A stretch of DNA of 37,277 nt from a virus (Duplodnaviria; Heunggongvirae; Uroviricota; Caudoviricetes), in IMG/VR virus record IMGVR_UViG_2711768166_000003; one strand, 5' to 3'. Positions 25,890-36,402 of the stretch are shown piece by piece (position 1 is the stretch's first letter; each line of letters starts with the position of its first letter). The notes under the pieces were generated by a model, which was not told where the DNA came from, searched no databases, and was given only the letters and a program-made list of their open reading frames with translations. The translations under genes were made by a program, and so were the position numbers.

Positions 25890-26213
25890 ATGCTTCTGAC
25901 AATGGAAGAGATTAAAGCCCAACTCCGGCTGGATGAGGATTTCGATGCTGATGACCGCCATCTGCAACTGCTGGCCTGTGCGGCACAAAAGCGGACGGAA
26001 ACGTATCTGAACCGGAAGCTCTATGCACCGGATGAAACCATTCCGGACAGCGATCCGGACGGGCTGCACCTGCCGGATGATATTCGTCTGGGGATGCTGA
26101 TGCTTATCAGCCATTTTTACGAAAACCGCTCGTCGGTTACGGAAGTGGAGAAACTCGACATGCCGCAGAGTTTTGGCTGGCTTGTCGGCCCGTACAGGTA
26201 CTTTCCGCAATGA
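25890..26213 (+). CDS. Head-tail connector protein (gp6-like)
   Basis: 107 aa; MEEIKAQLRLDEDFDADD ... typical N-terminus of this family; position after capsid. Confidence 0.75.
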   Translation: MLLTMEEIKAQLRLDEDFDADDRHLQLLACAAQKRTETYLNRKLYAPDETIPDSDPDGLHLPDDIRLGMLMLISHFYENRSSVTEVEKLDMPQSFGWLVGPYRYFPQ

Positions 26214-26620
26214 AAATTCGTCAGGCGCAGACCAGCGCAACCTACATTCTGCCGGACCCCGGTGAACTGAATAAACGCGTCCTGATCCGCCTGCGGGTGG
26301 ATATGCCCGCGGATAACTTTGGCGTGGAGCCTCAATACCCGGTTACGTTCCGGACATGGGCGAAGGTTATCCAGACCAGTGCCACCACCTGGCAGGAAAC
26401 CGCGCAGACAGGGGACGCCATCACCCATTACATCACCATTCGTTATCGCCGGGGGATCACCGCTGATTATGAGGTGGTCTGCGGTGACAGTGTGTACCGG
26501 GTGAAACGTCAGCGCGATCTGAACGGGGCGCGGCGCTTTCTGCTGCTGGAGTGTACGGAGCTGGGCGAATGTAGGCAGAGTCACGGAGGCAACAATGACG
26601 ACTTCCTTTTTGCACGTTGA
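26210..26620 (+). CDS. Head closure / head-tail adaptor protein
   Basis: 136 aa; start overlaps the upstream stop; conserved position in HK97-like head modules. Confidence 0.65.
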   Translation: MKIRQAQTSATYILPDPGELNKRVLIRLRVDMPADNFGVEPQYPVTFRTWAKVIQTSATTWQETAQTGDAITHYITIRYRRGITADYEVVCGDSVYRVKRQRDLNGARRFLLLECTELGECRQSHGGNNDDFLFAR

Positions 26621-27101
26621 TTTTCAGCAGCCCGCGGAGATGCGCTTTAACCGCGCCCGTGTCCGGCGGGCGTTTGTCACGATTGGTCAGCGTCATATGC
26701 GTGATGCCCGTCGGCTGGTGATGCGCCGTGCGCGGTCGGCACCGGGTGAAAACCCCGGTTATCAGACCGGACGCCTGGCTCGTTCGATTGGTTACATGGT
26801 ACCCAGAGCCAGTAAACATCGCCCTGGTTTTATGGCACGTATAGCCCCTAACCAGCGTAATGGAGAGGGAAACCGCCGTATCAGCGGTGATTTTTATCCG
26901 GCTTTTTTGTTCTATGGTGTGAGGCGAGGGGCAAAGCGTCGTCGCAGCCATCATCGTGGTGCATCCGGTGGCAGCGGCTGGCGACTGGCTCCACGTAATA
27001 ACTTCATGGTGGAAACGCTTGAAAAGAACCGCAGCTGGACACGCTATTTTCTGGCGCGGGAATTGCGTAAATCACTGAAGCCGGAGCGACGACACAGATG
27101 A
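26595..27101 (+). CDS. HK97 gp10-like tail-component protein
   Basis: 168 aa; GGAGG RBS; Arg-rich; position after the head closure gene. Confidence 0.7.
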   Translation: MTTSFLHVDFQQPAEMRFNRARVRRAFVTIGQRHMRDARRLVMRRARSAPGENPGYQTGRLARSIGYMVPRASKHRPGFMARIAPNQRNGEGNRRISGDFYPAFLFYGVRRGAKRRRSHHRGASGGSGWRLAPRNNFMVETLEKNRSWTRYFLARELRKSLKPERRHR

Positions 27102-27658
27102 AACTGACGCCTGTTATTGCTGCACTGCGTGCCCGCTGTCCGTATTTTGAAAACCGGGTTGCAGGCGCGGCCCAGTTCAAAAATCTGCCGGAGGTCGGAA
27201 AGCTGAAACTCCCGGCGGCATATGTTGTACCGGGTGATGATTCTCCGGGAGAAAACAAAAGCCAGACCGACTACTGGCAGGAGCTGAAAGAGGGTTTCTC
27301 CGTGGTTGTCATACTGAGTAACGGGCGTGATGAGCGCGGTCAGTTTGCCTCGTATGATGTGGTGGACGATGTCCGGCAGATGCTCTTTAAGGCCCTGCTG
27401 GGCTGGAACCCGGAGGCGTGCGGTAACCCGATTACCTATGACGGCGGCACGCTGCTGGATCTGAATCGTCATGAGCTGATTTATCAGTTCGATTTTTCGG
27501 TCATCAGCGAGCTGACCGAAGACGATACCCGCCAGCAGGATGATCTGAACAGTCTGGATGAACTGCGAACGCTGGCGATTGATGTTGATTATCTCGATCC
27601 CGGTAACGGGCCTGACGGCGATATCGAATATCACACCGAAATAACCCTTCCTTCCTGA
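27098..27658 (+). CDS. Tail completion / tail terminator protein
   Basis: 186 aa; directly upstream of the sheath gene. Confidence 0.65.
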   Translation: MKLTPVIAALRARCPYFENRVAGAAQFKNLPEVGKLKLPAAYVVPGDDSPGENKSQTDYWQELKEGFSVVVILSNGRDERGQFASYDVVDDVRQMLFKALLGWNPEACGNPITYDGGTLLDLNRHELIYQFDFSVISELTEDDTRQQDDLNSLDELRTLAIDVDYLDPGNGPDGDIEYHTEITLPS

Positions 27659-27666
27659 GAATCTTC

Positions 27667-27837
27667 ATGTTTGTGAAACCTGTTAAAGGGCGGTCAGTTC
27701 CTGACCCTGCCCGCGGCGACCTTTTGCCCGCCGAGGGGCGAAATGTTGATGAGAACAACTACTGGCTGCGCCGTGAAGCCGCGGGTGATATCCGGCGCGT
27801 GAATAAAAAGGTGAACACCGATGACGATAAGCTTTAA
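27667..27837 (+). CDS. Small conserved tail-module protein (below the track size cutoff)
   Basis: ATG at 27667 opens a 56-codon frame (MFVKPVKGRSVPDPARGDLLPAEGRNVDENNYWLRREAAGDIRRVNKKVNTDDDKL) ending by overlapping the sheath gene start. Confidence 0.45.
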   Translation: MFVKPVKGRSVPDPARGDLLPAEGRNVDENNYWLRREAAGDIRRVNKKVNTDDDKL

Positions 27838-29317
27838 CACCATTCCGTCGAATACGCTGGTTCCGCTGTTTTATGCGGAAATGGATAACCAGGCGGCGAA
27901 TACTGCACAGGACAGCGGGGCATCGTTGCTGATTGGTCACGCCAATAACGGTACAGAGATTGTTGCCAACAGTCTGGTGCTGATGCCGTCGGCAGACTAT
28001 GCACGCCAGATTTGTGGTGCGGGAAGTCAGCTGGCGCGTATGGTCGAGGCTTATCGCCAGACTGACCCGTTTGGCGAGCTGTATGTGATTGCCGTTCCGG
28101 AAGCCACAGGCGCGGCGGCAACGGTTACGCTGACGGTGACCGGGGCGGCAACCGAAACCGGCACGGTGAATGTTTATGTGGGACGTACCCGCGTGCAGGC
28201 ATCGGTGACCAACGGCGATAACGTCGCGACGATTGCCAGCAGTATCCAGGATGCCATCAATGCCGTTCCGGCCCTGCCGTTTACGGCCTCATCTTCGGCT
28301 GGCGTGGTCACACTGACCGCGCGTCATAAGGGGCTTTGCGGGAATGAAATTCCTGTCAGCCTCAATTACTACGGCTTTGGTGGGGGCGAAGTGCTGCCAG
28401 CGGGCGTACAGATTGCCGTGGCGACGGGGACCGCCGGAACGGGCGCTCCGGTTCTCACCGGCGCGGTGGCTGCAATGGCGGATGAGCCGTTTGATTATAT
28501 CGGCCTGCCGTTCAACGACACGGGCTCCGTTAACACGCTGGTGACCGAGATGAACGATACCAGCGGTCGCTGGAGCTATGCGCGTCAGCTGTATGGTCAT
28601 GTGTATACGGCAAAGATCGGCACGCTGTCAGAACTGGTGACCGCAGGTGACCAGTTTAACCAGCAGCACATTACCCTGGCGGGGTACGAAAAAGACACCC
28701 AGACGCCTGCCGACGAGCTGGCGGCAAGCCGTACCGCCCGCGCAGCGGTGTTTATTCGCAACGATCCTGCACGTCCCACGCAGACCGGTGAGCTGGTGGG
28801 TATGCTGCCTGCGCCGAAGGGGAAACGGTTCACGATGACCGAGCAGCAGACCCTGCTGTCTCATGGCGTGGCAACGGCGTATGTCGAAAGCGGGGTGCTG
28901 CGCATTCAGCGTGATGTCACCACGTACAGGAAAAACGCTTACGGGGTTGCGGATAACAGCTACCTCGACAGCGAGACGCTGCATACCAGTGCGTATGTAC
29001 TGCGCAAACTGAAATCCGTCATTACCAGTAAGTACGGGCGTCACAAGCTTGCCAGCGACGGTACCCGCTTTGGTCCCGGTCAGGCGATTGTCACCCCGGC
29101 GGTGATCAAAGGGGAACTGCTGGCAACCTACCGTCAGCTTGAGCGTGCGGGGATCGTGGAAAACTACGAACTTTTTAAGCAGTACCTGGTTGTGGAGCGT
29201 GATGCCAGCGATCCGAACCGCCTGAATACGCTGTTCCCGCCTGACTATGTTAACCAGTTGCGTGTCTTTGCCGTGGTTAATCAGTTCCGTCTTCAGTATT
29301 CAGAGGAGTCTGCATAA
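27821..29317 (+). CDS. Contractile tail sheath protein (Mu gpL-type)
   Basis: 498 aa; immediately followed by the tail tube gene. Confidence 0.9.
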   Translation: MTISFNTIPSNTLVPLFYAEMDNQAANTAQDSGASLLIGHANNGTEIVANSLVLMPSADYARQICGAGSQLARMVEAYRQTDPFGELYVIAVPEATGAAATVTLTVTGAATETGTVNVYVGRTRVQASVTNGDNVATIASSIQDAINAVPALPFTASSSAGVVTLTARHKGLCGNEIPVSLNYYGFGGGEVLPAGVQIAVATGTAGTGAPVLTGAVAAMADEPFDYIGLPFNDTGSVNTLVTEMNDTSGRWSYARQLYGHVYTAKIGTLSELVTAGDQFNQQHITLAGYEKDTQTPADELAASRTARAAVFIRNDPARPTQTGELVGMLPAPKGKRFTMTEQQTLLSHGVATAYVESGVLRIQRDVTTYRKNAYGVADNSYLDSETLHTSAYVLRKLKSVITSKYGRHKLASDGTRFGPGQAIVTPAVIKGELLATYRQLERAGIVENYELFKQYLVVERDASDPNRLNTLFPPDYVNQLRVFAVVNQFRLQYSEESA

Positions 29318-29673
29318 TGGCCCGTATCGGGGGAACCTGTTATTTCAAAATTGACGGTCAGCAGCTATCGCTGACCGGCGGCATTGAGGTGCCCATGAAC
29401 AGGACGGTCAATGATGACATCATCGGCCTGGATGGTTCAGTGGACCGCAAGGAAACTCACCGTGCGCCTTATGTTAAAGGGACCTTCAAGGTGCCGAAGA
29501 ATTTTCCGGTGAGCAAAATCACCTCGTCTGATGAGATGACCATCACTGCCGAGCTGGCGAACGGTCAGGTCTATGTACTGTCGTCTGCCTGGCTGCACGG
29601 CGAAGCGAACCATAATGCCGAAGAAGGCACGGTCGATATTGAGTTCCACGGTGAAGAAGGGGATTACCAGTAA
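29317..29673 (+). CDS. Tail tube protein (Mu gpM-type)
   Basis: 118 aa; between sheath and chaperone genes. Confidence 0.85.
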   Translation: MARIGGTCYFKIDGQQLSLTGGIEVPMNRTVNDDIIGLDGSVDRKETHRAPYVKGTFKVPKNFPVSKITSSDEMTITAELANGQVYVLSSAWLHGEANHNAEEGTVDIEFHGEEGDYQ

Positions 29674-29942
29674 TGAAAGAGCTTGAGTTAAAGAAATCGA
29701 TTACTGCTCATGGCGAGACACTCTCCGTACTGGAGTTTGATGAGCCCACCGGGAAGGATGTCCGCGAGCTGGGGTATCCCTACCAGATGAATCAGGATGA
29801 GTCCGTCAGACTTCTGGCGCATGTGGTGTCGAAATACATTGTGCGGCTGGCGAAAGTGCCGCAAAGCTCTGTCGACCAGATGTCTCCCGCAGATCTGAAT
29901 GCGGCGGCGTGGCTTGTGGCCGGTTTTTTCCTCCAGGCCTGA
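29673..29942 (+). CDS. Tail assembly chaperone (short form)
   Basis: 89 aa; lies between the tube and tape measure genes; ends just after a slippery heptamer. Confidence 0.75.
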   Translation: MKELELKKSITAHGETLSVLEFDEPTGKDVRELGYPYQMNQDESVRLLAHVVSKYIVRLAKVPQSSVDQMSPADLNAAAWLVAGFFLQA

Positions 29943-30091
29943 CGGCTGAATACCTCACTGATCGCTTCTTTGACTGCGCCAGCTACTGGCGCATTAATCC
30001 CTTCGAATTGCTGAATATGCCGATCAGTGAAATTCCCTTACTGGTCAGTCAGGCAAACAGGATAGAGCAGGAGAAACGCACACATGGCTGA
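29673..30091 (+). CDS. Tail assembly chaperone, frameshift-extended form (G/GT-like)
   Basis: Fusion of frame 29673 up to the slippery site with the -1 frame ORF (...GRFFPPGLTAEYLTDRFFDCASYWRINPFELLNMPISEIPLLVSQANRIEQEKRTHG). Confidence 0.55.
29924..29930 (+). promoter_or_regulatory. Programmed -1 ribosomal frameshift site (slippery heptamer T_TTT_TTC) in the tail assembly chaperone
   Basis: In the frame of 29673 the codons are GGT TTT TTC; a -1 slip enters the frame of ORF 29909..30091, which runs to a stop at 30089-30091, overlapping the tape measure start. Confidence 0.6.
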
Positions 30092-31919
30092 ATTTGAGCT
30101 TAAGGCGTTGATCACCGGTGTCGACAGGCTTTCTCCCGCACTGTCGAAAATGCAAAAGAAAATCCGGGGATTTAAACGTCAGGCGGAAGAAGCGTCACAG
30201 GGTGGGCTGGCGCTTGGTGGCGGGCTGGCAGCGGGTCTGACGCTTTCCCTGAAATCTTATGCCGATCAGGAAAACGCCGCCACCGGGCTGAAAGTTGCCA
30301 TGATGGATGCGAACGGTGAGGTCGGAAAGAGCTTTCAGGACATCAATAAACTGGCTATTGGCCTGGGTAACCAGCTACCCGGCACAACGGCTGATTTTCA
30401 GAATATGATGCAGATGCTGGTGCGTCAGGGGATCCCGGCAGAAAACATTCTTGGCGGTGTGGGTAAAGCGACGGCTTATCTTGCGGTACAACTGAAAAAA
30501 ACACCGGAAGCGGCTGCTGAGTTTGCCGCAAAGATGCAGGATGCTACCGGAACGGCATCAGAAGACATGATGGGGCTGTTCGACACAATTCAGAAGGCGT
30601 TTTATCTGGGCGTTGACGATACCAACATGTTGTCCTTTTTCACTAAAACCAGTTCTATTCTGAAGATGGTGAATAAGGACGGTCTTCAGGCTGCCCAGAG
30701 CCTTGCCCCCATCAGCGTCATGATGGATCAGATGGGGATGAACGGGGAGTCGGCAGGTAATGCCCTGCGAAAAGTTATTCAGTCTGGATTAAGCGTTAAG
30801 AAAATCAGGGACGTCAATAAAGTCATGGCCCGCCAGAAACTCGGGGTACAGCTCGATTTTACTGACAGCAAAGGAAGTTTTGGCGGTCTTGATAACATGT
30901 TTAAGCAACTGACAAAGCTGCGAAAACTGACCGACGTTAAGCGAACAGGTGTACTTAAGGCAATATTTGGTGATGATGCCGAAACCCTTCAGGTGGTCAA
31001 TGCGCTGATCGATAAAGGAAAGGATGGTTACGATCAGATCCAGCAAAAGATGAATAAACAGGCCAGCCTGAATAAACGTGTTCAGGCACAGCTTGGTACG
31101 CTGTCCAACCTGTGGGAGGCAATGACGGGGACCGCAACTAACGGCCTTGCGGCTATTGGTGGCGCATTTTCTGATGACGCTAAAAACATCACGCAGTGGC
31201 TGGGGGAGTTGGGGGAAAAATTCACGAAGTTTGCGGATGAAAATCCCCGGGTTATTCGCGGCGTCGTCGGGCTTGCTGCCGGTCTTGCGATTCTGAAACT
31301 GGGATTGATGGGCGTTGGCGGTGCCATCAGTATTGTCAGCAGGATTATGTCGATGACGCCGATTGGCATGATTGCGACGGCGATAGCCCTGGCTGCGGGA
31401 TTAATTATCACTAACTGGGATGTTGTCGGACCTTATTTTAAGAAACTCTGGGAAACCATTGGTCCTTATTTTGAGGCTGGCTGGGAACTCCTTAAGAAAG
31501 TTTTTGCCTGGTCGCCGCTGGGTATGGTGATCAATAACTGGGGGCCGGTTGTTAAGTGGTTTCAGGATATGTGGGACAAGCTGAAGCCAATTATTGAGTG
31601 GTTTACCGACAGTTCCGGTGACACGGTCGATGCCATTAACTCTGCGCAGTGGGGCGCGGGTGCTTATGATGCTTATGGGACGGGAATACCGGCGCGGGGA
31701 TACACACCTTATCCGGCGGTAGATCTGGCTCAGTCAAACAACGCCTCCGATGCCACAGGCCCGAATCCCTTCATGATTAACAAAGCTTCTGCGCCAAAAG
31801 TTGATGGTGAGATCAAGGTCTCTTTTGTGAATTCGCCTCCGGGTATGCGGGTTATGGAAACGCGATCCAGCGGTTTTGATGTCAGCCATGATGTTGGCTA
31901 TACGCGCTTTGGCAGGTAA
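30084..31919 (+). CDS. Tail tape measure protein
   Basis: 611 aa, largely alpha-helical and Gly/Ala-rich with hydrophobic C-terminal segments; follows the frameshifted chaperone. Confidence 0.9.
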   Translation: MAEFELKALITGVDRLSPALSKMQKKIRGFKRQAEEASQGGLALGGGLAAGLTLSLKSYADQENAATGLKVAMMDANGEVGKSFQDINKLAIGLGNQLPGTTADFQNMMQMLVRQGIPAENILGGVGKATAYLAVQLKKTPEAAAEFAAKMQDATGTASEDMMGLFDTIQKAFYLGVDDTNMLSFFTKTSSILKMVNKDGLQAAQSLAPISVMMDQMGMNGESAGNALRKVIQSGLSVKKIRDVNKVMARQKLGVQLDFTDSKGSFGGLDNMFKQLTKLRKLTDVKRTGVLKAIFGDDAETLQVVNALIDKGKDGYDQIQQKMNKQASLNKRVQAQLGTLSNLWEAMTGTATNGLAAIGGAFSDDAKNITQWLGELGEKFTKFADENPRVIRGVVGLAAGLAILKLGLMGVGGAISIVSRIMSMTPIGMIATAIALAAGLIITNWDVVGPYFKKLWETIGPYFEAGWELLKKVFAWSPLGMVINNWGPVVKWFQDMWDKLKPIIEWFTDSSGDTVDAINSAQWGAGAYDAYGTGIPARGYTPYPAVDLAQSNNASDATGPNPFMINKASAPKVDGEIKVSFVNSPPGMRVMETRSSGFDVSHDVGYTRFGR

Positions 31920-31979
31920 TGAAAAATTAATCTGTTAATGAGTCCCACTCCGGTGGGATTTTTTATGTACGGAGTTTAT

Positions 31980-33308
31980 ATGACGTGGAAAGACAGACTT
32001 CAGGACGCGTCATTTCGCGGTGTGCCGTTTAAGGTTGAAGAAGAAAGTGCGGGAACCGGTCGTCGTGTGGAAACGCACGAATACCCGAACCGCGACAAAC
32101 CCTATACCGAAGACCTGGGGAAAATCACTTTCCGCCCGTCCATCACGGCTTATGTGGTGGGAGATGACTGCTTTGACCAGCGCGATCGCCTGATTGACGC
32201 GCTGAATAAACCCGGTCCCGGCACGCTTGTCCATCCGACATACGGTGAGCTGAAAGTCTGTGTTGACGGGGAAGTTCGGGTCAGCACATCGAAAAGTGAA
32301 GGGCGTATTGTCCGCTTTGACCTAAAGTTTGTCGAAGCAGGAGAGCTCTCTTACCCCATATCAGGTGCGGCGACGGCGCAGACGCTGATGTCATCCTGTT
32401 CTGCACTGGATGACTGCATCAGTGACAGCTTCAGCGGTTTCAGTATCGATGGCGTGGCGGATTTTGTGCAGAACGACGTCGTTGGTAATGTCAGCACAAT
32501 GCTTGGGTATGTTTCTGATGCGATGAAAGTGGTGGATTCTGCCGTATCGGATGCGGCCAGGCTGTTGCAGGGGGATATCTCGGTACTTCTGCCGCCACCA
32601 TCGTCAGGCAAAAATTTCGTTGAGCAGGTGCAGAAAATGTGGCGTACCGGGAAACGCCTTTACGGTAACGCCAGCGACCTGGTCACCATGATCAAAACGC
32701 TTTCTGGTGTCAGCCTTGGCAGCGATCTGCAACCGCGCGGCGTCTGGAAAACGGACAGTAAAACCACCGCCACGGCGACGCAGCAGCGTAACGTGGTTGC
32801 CAGCACCCTTCGTACGACTGCAATCAGCGAAGCGGCGTATGCCGTTACCCGATTGCCTGCGCCAACAACTTCCGCGGTGATGCAGAATGCCGCAGTGGGG
32901 CAGGCAACAACACCCGCGCAGAGCACTGGCTGGCCTTCCGTCACGCATCCGGCACTGAACAATGCACCGGCGGTGAAAAGCACGGTTGACCTGCCGACGT
33001 GGGAAGAACTGACTGACATTCGCGACACACTGAATACGGCAATTGATAAGGAGTTGTCCCGTACAACCAGTGATGCGCTGTTTCTGGCGCTGCGCCGGGT
33101 GAAAGCAGATCTGAATGCGGATATCAACACGCGCCTTGAACAGTCTGCACGGATCATTCAGCGCACGCCGGATGAGGTTTTACCCGCGCTGGTGCTGGCG
33201 GCGACCTGGTTTGATAACGCGGCGCGTGACGCGGACATTATCCGGCGTAATGCCATTACGCATCCCGGCTTTGTGCCGGTGATCCCTCTGAAGGTGCCAG
33301 TGCAATGA
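31980..33308 (+). CDS. Mu gpN-like tail / DNA circulation protein
   Basis: Start at ATG 31980 after GGAG; N-terminus MTWKDRLQDASFRGVPFKVEEES typical of this family. Confidence 0.8.
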   Translation: MTWKDRLQDASFRGVPFKVEEESAGTGRRVETHEYPNRDKPYTEDLGKITFRPSITAYVVGDDCFDQRDRLIDALNKPGPGTLVHPTYGELKVCVDGEVRVSTSKSEGRIVRFDLKFVEAGELSYPISGAATAQTLMSSCSALDDCISDSFSGFSIDGVADFVQNDVVGNVSTMLGYVSDAMKVVDSAVSDAARLLQGDISVLLPPPSSGKNFVEQVQKMWRTGKRLYGNASDLVTMIKTLSGVSLGSDLQPRGVWKTDSKTTATATQQRNVVASTLRTTAISEAAYAVTRLPAPTTSAVMQNAAVGQATTPAQSTGWPSVTHPALNNAPAVKSTVDLPTWEELTDIRDTLNTAIDKELSRTTSDALFLALRRVKADLNADINTRLEQSARIIQRTPDEVLPALVLAATWFDNAARDADIIRRNAITHPGFVPVIPLKVPVQ

Positions 33309-34384
33309 ACGATAACGTCACGCTACGGGTAAATGGCCGGGAGTGGAATGGCTGGACATCGGTGCGCATCGGTGCCGGTATTGAACGGCTGGCGCGGGAT
33401 TTCAGTGTGGAGATCACCCGCCAGTGGCCGGGAGATGAGGGTATCACCACGCTTCAGCCGCGTATTAAAAACGGTTCAAAAGTGGAAGTGCTGATTGGTG
33501 ATGAGCTGGTGATCACTGGCTGGGTGGAAGCGACCCCCGTTCGTTACGATGCCCGTTCGGTCAGCACCGGTATTGCCTGGCGTAGTCTGACCGCTGACCT
33601 GATTGACTGTGCAGCCGAACCGACACAGTTTAACGGACGATCGCTGGTTCAGATTGCGCAGGCGCTTGCTGCGCCTTTCGGCATTGAGGTGGTGAACAGC
33701 GGTGCGCCGTCGGGTGTTATTCCTGATGTCCAGCCTGATCACGGCGAAACGGTGATTGAGGTGATCAACAAAATACTCGGTCAGCAGCAGGCACTGGCTT
33801 ACGACGACCCGCACGGCAGGCTGGTGATTGGCGGTATTGGCTCAACGCGGGCACATACCGCGCTGGTACTCGGGGAAAACATCCTTTCCTGCGATACGGA
33901 GAAGAGTATCCGGGAGCGGTTTTCAGTTTACCAGGTGGCGGGGCAGCGTGCCGGAAACGACGATGATTTCGGTGAGGCTACCACCACCGCGCTGCGGGCC
34001 CGCACAGAGGACGCATTTATTGCCCGTTACCGTCCGATGTATATCAGGCAGACAGGGCAGGCTACGGGGGCAGGCTGTATTGCCCGTGCTGACTTTGAAG
34101 CCCGACAACGGGCGGCGCGGACGGATGAAACCACCTATGTGGTGCAGGGCTGGCGACAGGGTAACGGTACGCTGTGGCAGCCCAACCAGCGGGTGATTGT
34201 CTTCGATCCGGTCTGTGGTTTCGATAATACCGAACTGCTTGTTTCGGAAGTCACGTTTACTCAGGACCAGAACGGCACCCTGACGGAAATCCGTGTCGGC
34301 CCGTCTGATGCTTATCTGCCTGAACCCGAAGCCCCCGGCGCGCGGAAAAAGAAAAAAGCCAGAGTACAGGAGGACCCGTTCTGA
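33305..34384 (+). CDS. Mu gpP-like baseplate hub protein
   Basis: 359 aa; overlapping start/stop with neighbours. Confidence 0.8.
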   Translation: MNDNVTLRVNGREWNGWTSVRIGAGIERLARDFSVEITRQWPGDEGITTLQPRIKNGSKVEVLIGDELVITGWVEATPVRYDARSVSTGIAWRSLTADLIDCAAEPTQFNGRSLVQIAQALAAPFGIEVVNSGAPSGVIPDVQPDHGETVIEVINKILGQQQALAYDDPHGRLVIGGIGSTRAHTALVLGENILSCDTEKSIRERFSVYQVAGQRAGNDDDFGEATTTALRARTEDAFIARYRPMYIRQTGQATGAGCIARADFEARQRAARTDETTYVVQGWRQGNGTLWQPNQRVIVFDPVCGFDNTELLVSEVTFTQDQNGTLTEIRVGPSDAYLPEPEAPGARKKKKARVQEDPF

Positions 34385-34932
34385 TGAGGACGATTGAAGC
34401 CATGCAGCGACAACTCCTCGGCCTGATTGGGCGGGCCGTGGTGAAAAGCATCAGTGCCGCCACGAAATGTCAGACCGTGGATGTGTCCCTGATTGCCGGT
34501 GAACCCAAAGCCGGGGTTGAGCATCTTGAACCCTACGGTTTTACCGCAAGGGCAAACAGCGGTGCGGAAGCGGTGGTGTTGTTTCCGGATGGCGACCGTT
34601 CTCATGCGGTGGTTGTTACGGTGTCGGACCGGCGCTACCGCCTGAAAGGGCTGCAGACGGGTGAGGTGGCTGTCTATGACGATCAGGGGCAGTCCGTGAC
34701 GCTGACCCGGGAGGGGATCGTGGTGGACGGTGCAGGTAAAACGATCACGTTTCGCAATTCACCTAAAGCACGTTTTGAAATGGACCTGGAAGTGACAGGA
34801 CAGGTGAAAGACCTGTGCGACTCCAGCGGCACTACCATGTCAGCGATGCGGCTTGCCTATAACGGGCATCGTCACAGAGAGAACGGTCAGGGCAGTAACA
34901 CCGACAAACCTGATAAAGCGATGGAGGCATGA
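34384..34932 (+). CDS. Baseplate assembly protein V / spike (Mu gp45-like)
   Basis: 182 aa; conserved order in the baseplate module. Confidence 0.8.
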   Translation: MRTIEAMQRQLLGLIGRAVVKSISAATKCQTVDVSLIAGEPKAGVEHLEPYGFTARANSGAEAVVLFPDGDRSHAVVVTVSDRRYRLKGLQTGEVAVYDDQGQSVTLTREGIVVDGAGKTITFRNSPKARFEMDLEVTGQVKDLCDSSGTTMSAMRLAYNGHRHRENGQGSNTDKPDKAMEA

Positions 34933-35357
34933 TGGAACTGTGGCTGACGGTGAACGGTAAACGCACCTGCGCCAGCGCACCGCTGGATCCGCTGACCCGC
35001 GCCGTGGTGATTTCCCTGTTTACCTGGCGGCGGGCGGAGCCTGATGACAACGCCGACGTCCCGATGGGATGGTGGGGGGATACCTGGCCTGCGGTACAGA
35101 ATGACCGTTACGGCTCCCGACTGTGGCTGCTTCAGCGCAGCAAACTGACCAATCAGCTGGTGCAGACGGTAAGGGGGTATATCCGCGAATGCCTGCAATG
35201 GATGATTGATGACGGCGTGGTGTCCCGTATTGATCTGGATATCCGCCGCACTGGGATTAATGAACTGGGTAACAGTATCACTCTCTGGCGTCGTGACGGA
35301 CCGGTAATGATTTCTTTTGATGATCTGTGGAGTGCGATAACGCATGGCGGACAGTGA
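34929..35357 (+). CDS. Baseplate protein (gp46 / GPW-like)
   Basis: 142 aa; position between the V-like and J-like genes. Confidence 0.8.
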   Translation: MMELWLTVNGKRTCASAPLDPLTRAVVISLFTWRRAEPDDNADVPMGWWGDTWPAVQNDRYGSRLWLLQRSKLTNQLVQTVRGYIRECLQWMIDDGVVSRIDLDIRRTGINELGNSITLWRRDGPVMISFDDLWSAITHGGQ

Positions 35358-36402
35358 ATTTCAGCGCCCGACGCTGGCAGAAAATATCAGTATGCTCCGT
35401 AACGATTTATTCGCCAGGCTGGACGTCAGCGACACGCTCCGGCGCATGGATGAAGACGTGCGGGCAAAGGTGTATGCGGCGGCGCTGCATACGGTTTACG
35501 GGTACATCGATTATCTGGCGATGAACATGCTGCCTGACCTGTGCGATGAGTCCTGGCTGGCGCGACATGCTGCGATGAAACGGTGTCCGCGCAAGGGGGC
35601 CACTGCTGCCAGCGGGTATATGCGCTGGGAAGGTGTCAGCGATGGCCTGAAGGTGACCGCCGGGAGTGTTATTCAGCGCGATGACCTGGTTCAGTACACG
35701 GCAACTGCCGATGCAACCAGCTCCGGTGGTGTCCTGCGCGTGCCGATCGCCTGCTCAAGTGCAGGCGCGGTCGGTAACGCTGACGACGGTACGTCATTAA
35801 TCCTGGTCACGCCGGTTAATGGTCTGCCGTCTTCCGGCGTGGCAGATACCCTGACAGGTGGATTTGATACTGAAGAGCTGGAAACGTGGCGAGCCCGCGT
35901 CATTGAGCGGTATTACTGGACGCCGCAGGGCGGGGCTGACAGGGACTATGTCGTCTGGGCTAAAGAAGTGCCCGGCATTACCCGCGCATGGACATACCGT
36001 CACTGGATGGGAACGGGGACTGTCGGTGTGATGATTGCCAGCAGTGACCTGATTAATCCCATTCCGGAAGAATCAACGGAAACGGCAGCAAGACAACATA
36101 TCGGGCCACTGGCCCCGGTGGCAGGCTCTGATTTGTATGTGTTCAGGCCGGTGGCACATACGGTGGATTTTCATATCCGTGTGACGCCGGACACACCGGA
36201 AATACGGGCTGCCATCACCGCGGAGTTGCGTTCGTTCCTGCTGCGTGATGGTTATCCGCAGGGAGAACTGAAGGTATCGCGTATCAGTGAGGCGATTTCC
36301 GGTGCGAACGGGGAATACAGCCATCAGTTGCTTGCACCGGCAGACAATATCTCCATTGCAAAAAATGAACTGGCGGTACTGGGGACGATTTCATGGACGT
36401 GA
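35344..36402 (+). CDS. Baseplate J-like protein (Mu gp47-like)
   Basis: 352 aa; conserved order. Confidence 0.85.
   Translation: MADSEFQRPTLAENISMLRNDLFARLDVSDTLRRMDEDVRAKVYAAALHTVYGYIDYLAMNMLPDLCDESWLARHAAMKRCPRKGATAASGYMRWEGVSDGLKVTAGSVIQRDDLVQYTATADATSSGGVLRVPIACSSAGAVGNADDGTSLILVTPVNGLPSSGVADTLTGGFDTEELETWRARVIERYYWTPQGGADRDYVVWAKEVPGITRAWTYRHWMGTGTVGVMIASSDLINPIPEESTETAARQHIGPLAPVAGSDLYVFRPVAHTVDFHIRVTPDTPEIRAAITAELRSFLLRDGYPQGELKVSRISEAISGANGEYSHQLLAPADNISIAKNELAVLGTISWT

Noticed and set aside
20390-35345. Numerous antisense or out-of-frame ORFs within the packaging, head and tail genes (e.g. 20390..20830, 22563..23138, 24329..24763, 26457..26954, 27044..27634, 32660..33157, 34887..35345)
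   Set aside because: All lie inside longer co-oriented structural genes with clear family features; they are open by chance in GC-rich sequence.
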